Shown here one piece after another: positions 7,171 through 11,286 of a stretch of 11,286 nt of DNA. A model generated the notes under the pieces. The model was not told where the DNA came from. It did not search any database and was given only the letters and a program-made list of their open reading frames with translations. Made by a program: the position numbers and the translations under genes. The DNA comes from Fidelibacterota bacterium (GTDB lineage Bacteria > Fidelibacterota > Marinisomatia > Marinisomatales > TCS56): the NCBI GenBank assembly GCA_043822705.1, contig JBDRBK010000079.1, forward strand, positions 1-11,286. The letters are read 5' to 3'. Numbering within the stretch: the stretch's first letter is position 1; each line of letters opens with the position of its first letter.

Positions 7171-7904
7171 AAAACTTGTTTATGGTTGTATTGGGATTAC
7201 TCAACCTGCTGGCCGCCGGCGATCCACTGGTGGTTAATGAAAATATCAAATTATACCCATTAACCGATTCCGTCTTTCTGCACTGTTCACTGATGCCTAC
7301 CCAGAGTTGGGGCCTGGTCGAATGCAACGGCCTGGTATATATCCGAAACGGGCAGGCATTGCTGGTGGATACACCCTATAACGATGAGCAGACCGAACAG
7401 TTGGTACGTTACCTGGCTGATTCCCTGCGAGCAGATGTCACGCAGTTTATCGCCGGCCATTATCACGATGACTGTATGGGCGGAATTGATTATCTGCACA
7501 CCCGGGGGATCGAATCGATTGCCTGCCAGCTGACGGCCGATAAATGCCGCGCACAAGACCTGACCACTCCAAAGACTACTTTTAACGAGCGTTTAGTACT
7601 GGATTTCAACGGGCAGTCAGTGGCAGCCGGGTATTTGGGCAGCGGTCATACAATCGACAATATCGTAGTTTGGTTTCCCGCTGAAAAAATCCTGTTTGGC
7701 GGCTGTCTGGTAAAGGCACTGTCAACCAGCAGTATGGGAAATTTGGCCGAGGCGGTCATCGAACAGTGGGCGGCTACACTTCGGCGAACCCAAACGACTT
7801 TTCCTGAGGCCGAAATTGTCGTGCCCGGTCATGGCCGTTGTGGGGGACCGGAACTACTGGAACACACAATACAGTTGGTTGAACAGTATCAACAAAACCA
7901 CTGA
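7167..7904 (+). CDS. bla: Subclass B1 metallo-beta-lactamase, CcrA/CfiA-like
   Basis: Signal peptide MKNLFMVVLGLLNLLAA. Motifs WGLVECNGL (L3 loop), LVDTP, HYHDDC (H116/H118/D120), GSGHTIDNIVVW (H196), LFGGCLVK (C221, K224), MGN (N233) and VVPGHG (H263). AGGAGG RBS. Confidence 0.92.
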   Translation: MKNLFMVVLGLLNLLAAGDPLVVNENIKLYPLTDSVFLHCSLMPTQSWGLVECNGLVYIRNGQALLVDTPYNDEQTEQLVRYLADSLRADVTQFIAGHYHDDCMGGIDYLHTRGIESIACQLTADKCRAQDLTTPKTTFNERLVLDFNGQSVAAGYLGSGHTIDNIVVWFPAEKILFGGCLVKALSTSSMGNLAEAVIEQWAATLRRTQTTFPEAEIVVPGHGRCGGPELLEHTIQLVEQYQQNH

Positions 7905-7910
7905 TAACAT

Positions 7911-10265
7911 TTAGCCAGTCAGCGGCCACAGCAGCGGCAATATAAATAATGAAATTGCCAGCAGAATCAACACCAGCGGCAGGCCGACCCGGGTATAGTC
8001 GGTGAACCGGTAGCCGCCGAGCCCCATCACTAGCAGGTTTACCGGGTGACCGACAGGACTCAGAAAGCTGCTGGAACTGCCCACAGCCACCACCATCAGC
8101 AAAGCCTGGGGAGACAAACCGAAATCCACCGCCGTGGTTAGAGCCAGTGGCGCCATGATCACCGCCACCGCCGCCGTGGGCATGATCTGGGCCAGTACAC
8201 AGGTAATGGTGAACAATCCCGCCACGACGCCAATGTGCCCGAATGATTCCAACGCGCCCATGACATGTCGTGCGAGAAACTCCGTTGTCCCGGTTCCCTG
8301 CATGGCAACACCCAACCCCAGCATCCCGGCAATCAGCACGATCGCCTTCCACTCGATCGCCTTGTAGGCTTCGTCCATCGTCAGGCAGCCGCTGAGCACC
8401 ATTGCCGCCGCCCCGGCCGGTGCGGCAATGTAGATCGGCAGCCAGCCCAGAGCCACGGTGGTCAGCACACCCACCTCGATCGCCCCTGCCAGCGGCGCTT
8501 TTTCCTTCTTGTAAAGCTCATGCGTAAGACCCGACAACACCAGGAAATCGGCGTCTTTCTGCAGGCGTGCCAGTTGCTCGCGCCGGCCGTAGACCAGCAG
8601 GGCATCACCAGGCTCCAGCACCTGGTCCCGCAGGTTGGTGCGAAAGGCCCGGTCCCGGCGCCAGATCGCCAGCACCGACAGGCCGTATTTCTCGCGGAAC
8701 TGCAGCATCCCCAACGTCTTGCCAACTACCAAAGTGCGCGGCGCCAGCGTGATTTCCGCCGCCCCCACCTGATCCGATTCCAGGTGATCCAGATCGACCT
8801 CCACGCTCGTATCGATCTCCAGCGATTGCAGGCCGCGCAGGGTCTCCAAGACCTCCGGCATGCCCAGCACAATCAGGGTGGCCCGTTCCCTGATCACCTG
8901 GTCCGGGGCCGGCATAAAAACCGTCCCGCCGTTCTGCTGCACCGCCAGTACATTGATTCCCAGGGCATCCTTCATGCGGCTTTCGGCGATTGTTCTGCCC
9001 GCCAGTTGTGAACCGGCCGGCAGGCCGATTCCGATCATCTGACGGTGCAGCTTATATTTTAATGTCAGGTCCCGCGCCCGTAACCGCCGATAATCGGTGA
9101 GCTGCCGCTGGTCGGCCAACAACCGAATATCATCGGCATGTCCCATAGCAATCAGCAAATCTTTATCATTCAGACGGTAGCGTGATAATTTCACGACCTT
9201 GGGCTGGCCGTTGATCACCGCCCCCAGAATGTTGACGGCGAATTCGCTGCGGAAACCGGCCTCTTTCAGGGTTTTACCCAGCAGTGGCGAATTATCCGCC
9301 AGCCGGAATTCGGCAAAATCCATCGCGGCCGCCAGTTCGTGCTCGCCCACCAGGATGCCGCTCTTCAATTCCAGCTGTCGCCATTCGCGCAGCATCTCCA
9401 GGTTTTCACGGCGACCTTCCACCAGCAGCTTGTCGCCGGCATGGATTTCCGCCTCGGGACCTGGCGCTAAAAATGTAGTATGACCACGGATAATCGCCAT
9501 TACGTTGAAGCCCAAGGCTGCCCCCAGCCGGCTGCCGGCCAGGCTGCGTCCGGCCAGTGGCGAGCCCTCCGGAATGTGCAGGGTGATCAGGCGCTGATCC
9601 AGACCGTACTGACCGGTGAGCATATCACCGAGACTGGTCTCACGGCCCAGATCGCGGTCCGGCAGCAGATGTCGCCCAAACACCACCATGTAAAAAATTC
9701 CCGAGGCCACTACGATCAAACCCAGCGGCGTAAAATCGAACAGGCTGAACCCGGCGAACCCGGCATCCTGCAGGATTGAATTGATCAGAATATTGGGGGC
9801 TGTGCCGATCAGGGTGACCAGTCCGCCCAGCAGCGAGGCAAAAGCCAGCGGGATCAGCAGTTTGGAGGGTGATTGGCGGGTCCGGCGTGCGATTTCCAGC
9901 ACCACCGGCAGCAGCAGGGCCGCTACGCCGATGTTATTCATGATGCCGGAGAACAGGGCGACCGTGGCCATCATGATAATAAGCAGTTTGATTTTGCTGG
10001 TGCCCGCCAGCCGCAGAATCTGGTGGCCGATAATGTGCGCCACACCAGTGCGATGCAGACCGGCACTCAGCACCAGCACGGCGGCGATCGTAATCACGGC
10101 ATGGTTGCTGAAACCCGCCAGGGCGGCATCATGGCTGATGATACCGGTAATTGCCAGGACCAACAGGACCAGACCCGCCACCAGATCCACTCGCAGCCAT
10201 TCGGTAACGAAAAACAGGACTGCCAGGCCCAGCAGGGCCAGAACGAAAATTATCTCAACTGTCAC
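7911..10265 (-). CDS. SLC13/DASS (CitMHS-like) family permease with four TrkA-C (RCK_C) domains
   Basis: N- and C-terminal multi-TM halves with GFSN, MNNIG, LLGGLVTLIGTAPN and SPVGHPVNLLVMGLGGYRFTDY. Four central repeats of the 'S.L.G(R/K)(S/T)L....R...G..VLAI.R' type. GTG start with AGGCGG upstream. Confidence 0.9.
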   Translation of the reverse strand: MTVEIIFVLALLGLAVLFFVTEWLRVDLVAGLVLLVLAITGIISHDAALAGFSNHAVITIAAVLVLSAGLHRTGVAHIIGHQILRLAGTSKIKLLIIMMATVALFSGIMNNIGVAALLLPVVLEIARRTRQSPSKLLIPLAFASLLGGLVTLIGTAPNILINSILQDAGFAGFSLFDFTPLGLIVVASGIFYMVVFGRHLLPDRDLGRETSLGDMLTGQYGLDQRLITLHIPEGSPLAGRSLAGSRLGAALGFNVMAIIRGHTTFLAPGPEAEIHAGDKLLVEGRRENLEMLREWRQLELKSGILVGEHELAAAMDFAEFRLADNSPLLGKTLKEAGFRSEFAVNILGAVINGQPKVVKLSRYRLNDKDLLIAMGHADDIRLLADQRQLTDYRRLRARDLTLKYKLHRQMIGIGLPAGSQLAGRTIAESRMKDALGINVLAVQQNGGTVFMPAPDQVIRERATLIVLGMPEVLETLRGLQSLEIDTSVEVDLDHLESDQVGAAEITLAPRTLVVGKTLGMLQFREKYGLSVLAIWRRDRAFRTNLRDQVLEPGDALLVYGRREQLARLQKDADFLVLSGLTHELYKKEKAPLAGAIEVGVLTTVALGWLPIYIAAPAGAAAMVLSGCLTMDEAYKAIEWKAIVLIAGMLGLGVAMQGTGTTEFLARHVMGALESFGHIGVVAGLFTITCVLAQIMPTAAVAVIMAPLALTTAVDFGLSPQALLMVVAVGSSSSFLSPVGHPVNLLVMGLGGYRFTDYTRVGLPLVLILLAISLFILPLLWPLTG

Positions 10266-10424
10266 AGTTAAACCGCCTGCCGGGAATTAAATTCAGCGCA
10301 ACACCAACCCACCGGCCGGATACCGGCAGCAATTCAGACGTTTTGGCTATTATTCGGTTCATATCTATCTGAAATTACATTGACGACCGCTCCGGGGCAA
10401 GCCGGCGGCAAGCGCTCCCATTGG

Positions 10425-10452
10425 TTGACATAACGCATTTTCACTTTAACTT
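10425..10452 (+). promoter_or_regulatory. Putative sigma70 promoter for the oxidoreductase
   Basis: Perfect -35 TTGACA (10425-10430), 16-bp spacer, TAACTT (10447-10452). GGAGG RBS at 10496-10500. Confidence 0.45.
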
Positions 10453-10506
10453 TTCAACCCTAAATTCGTCGAGTAAATTTTTACATCCAAAGACCGGAGG
10501 TATCTG

Positions 10507-11286
10507 ATGGGGCAACAGCATTACCGTTTAATCGTCGTCGGTGGCGGCATTACCGGTCTCAGCACCGCTCTGGCCTGGACCAAAATTTACCCGGACCGGC
10601 CGGTGCTGGTGCTGGAACGGCACACGATCGTCGGCGGTTGCGTGTCGACCTTTGCCCGTCAGGGTTACAAATTCGACACGGTGCAGATCATTCCCGATAT
10701 TGCCGATTTACTGGATTTTTTCGGGATCGAAATGACGTTAAAAAAATTCGAGGGCTATTACGCCCGCCTGTTCCTGGCCGATCCGGTCACTGTAACGGCA
10801 AAACTGTTTCCGATCCCATCCACTTTGCCGGATTTCGAAGGTTTGTTGCGCGATCGTTTTCCCGAGGAAGGCTCGGCGATCCAGCGTTTTTTCAGCTATT
10901 GCAGCGCCATGCACGACGAACTTCAGCACCTGAAAACCGAGCCCAAATCCTGGCAGATACCCGCCATTCTCTGGCACTGTCCAAAAATTATCGCCAACTC
11001 CGGAAAAACCTACGCTCAATTCCTGCGGCATTTCCAATTCCGTGATCCCGAATTGCTGGAAGTACTGGATATTTTTTCCTCCTTCAGCGGACTTTCGGGA
11101 GTCCGTTGCGCGGCCCTGCTGACCGCCGCCGCCATGGTCACCACCCTGAAAGGCAGCTTTCGTCCGGCCGGTGGATTCATCCAGTTCCCGCAACAGTTGC
11201 GCCGGCAACTGGAGGTCCGTGGCGGCGAAGTGCGCACCGGTGTGACGGTGCAAAAAATCCTGATTGAAAACGGCCGGGCCTATGGC
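10507..11286 (+). CDS. NAD(P)/FAD-dependent oxidoreductase, phytoene desaturase (CrtI) / retinol saturase-like (3'-truncated by the window)
   Basis: Manual translation gives MGQQHYRLIVVGGGITGLSTALAW...VLVLERHTIVGGCVSTFARQGYKFDT...FRPAGGF...RGGEVRTGVTVQKILIENGRAYG, open for 260 codons to the window end. It has a GxGxxG motif, the GG motif and a GGAGG RBS. Confidence 0.88.
   Translation, partial: MGQQHYRLIVVGGGITGLSTALAWTKIYPDRPVLVLERHTIVGGCVSTFARQGYKFDTVQIIPDIADLLDFFGIEMTLKKFEGYYARLFLADPVTVTAKLFPIPSTLPDFEGLLRDRFPEEGSAIQRFFSYCSAMHDELQHLKTEPKSWQIPAILWHCPKIIANSGKTYAQFLRHFQFRDPELLEVLDIFSSFSGLSGVRCAALLTAAAMVTTLKGSFRPAGGFIQFPQQLRRQLEVRGGEVRTGVTVQKILIENGRAYG

Noticed and set aside
3957..7904. Integron cassette array
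   Set aside because: Spacers of 11 bp or less cannot hold attC sites, and there is no intI in the window.
8134..10290. Plus-strand ORFs opposite the permease (e.g. 8265-9011, 9781-10290)
   Set aside because: Shadow ORFs with no recognisable domains.
10541..11253. Track ORFs 10541-10735, 10638-11045, 10738-11253 and 11016-11237
   Set aside because: Off-frame or antisense to the real CDS starting at 10507.

Overview
Bacterial chromosomal window, roughly 55-60% GC in most coding regions by eye. On the + strand it opens with a putative TetR-linked operon: a TetR C-terminal fragment, a RomA/NAPE-PLD-like MBL-fold hydrolase, an SDR oxidoreductase and a membrane-anchored metallophosphoesterase. 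A 257-bp intergenic region follows, holding a nested REP-like palindrome and a sigma70 promoter overlapped by an operator-like palindrome. A second tightly packed + strand run contains an AlkD-like DNA alkylation repair protein, a sharply AT-rich (~30% GC) stand-alone SIR2-like gene that looks horizontally inserted, a muconolactone-isomerase-like small protein, two membrane proteins and a subclass B1 metallo-beta-lactamase resembling CcrA/CfiA. Convergent on this is an SLC13/DASS-type permease with four TrkA-C domains. The window ends in a divergent, truncated CrtI-like FAD-dependent oxidoreductase that the ORF track missed. The best leads are the candidate new B1 carbapenemase, the orphan SIR2-like candidate defence gene and the REP-in-REP insertion. 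No rRNA, tRNA, CRISPR array, integrase or transposase was seen. All family calls come from motif recognition, not database searches.
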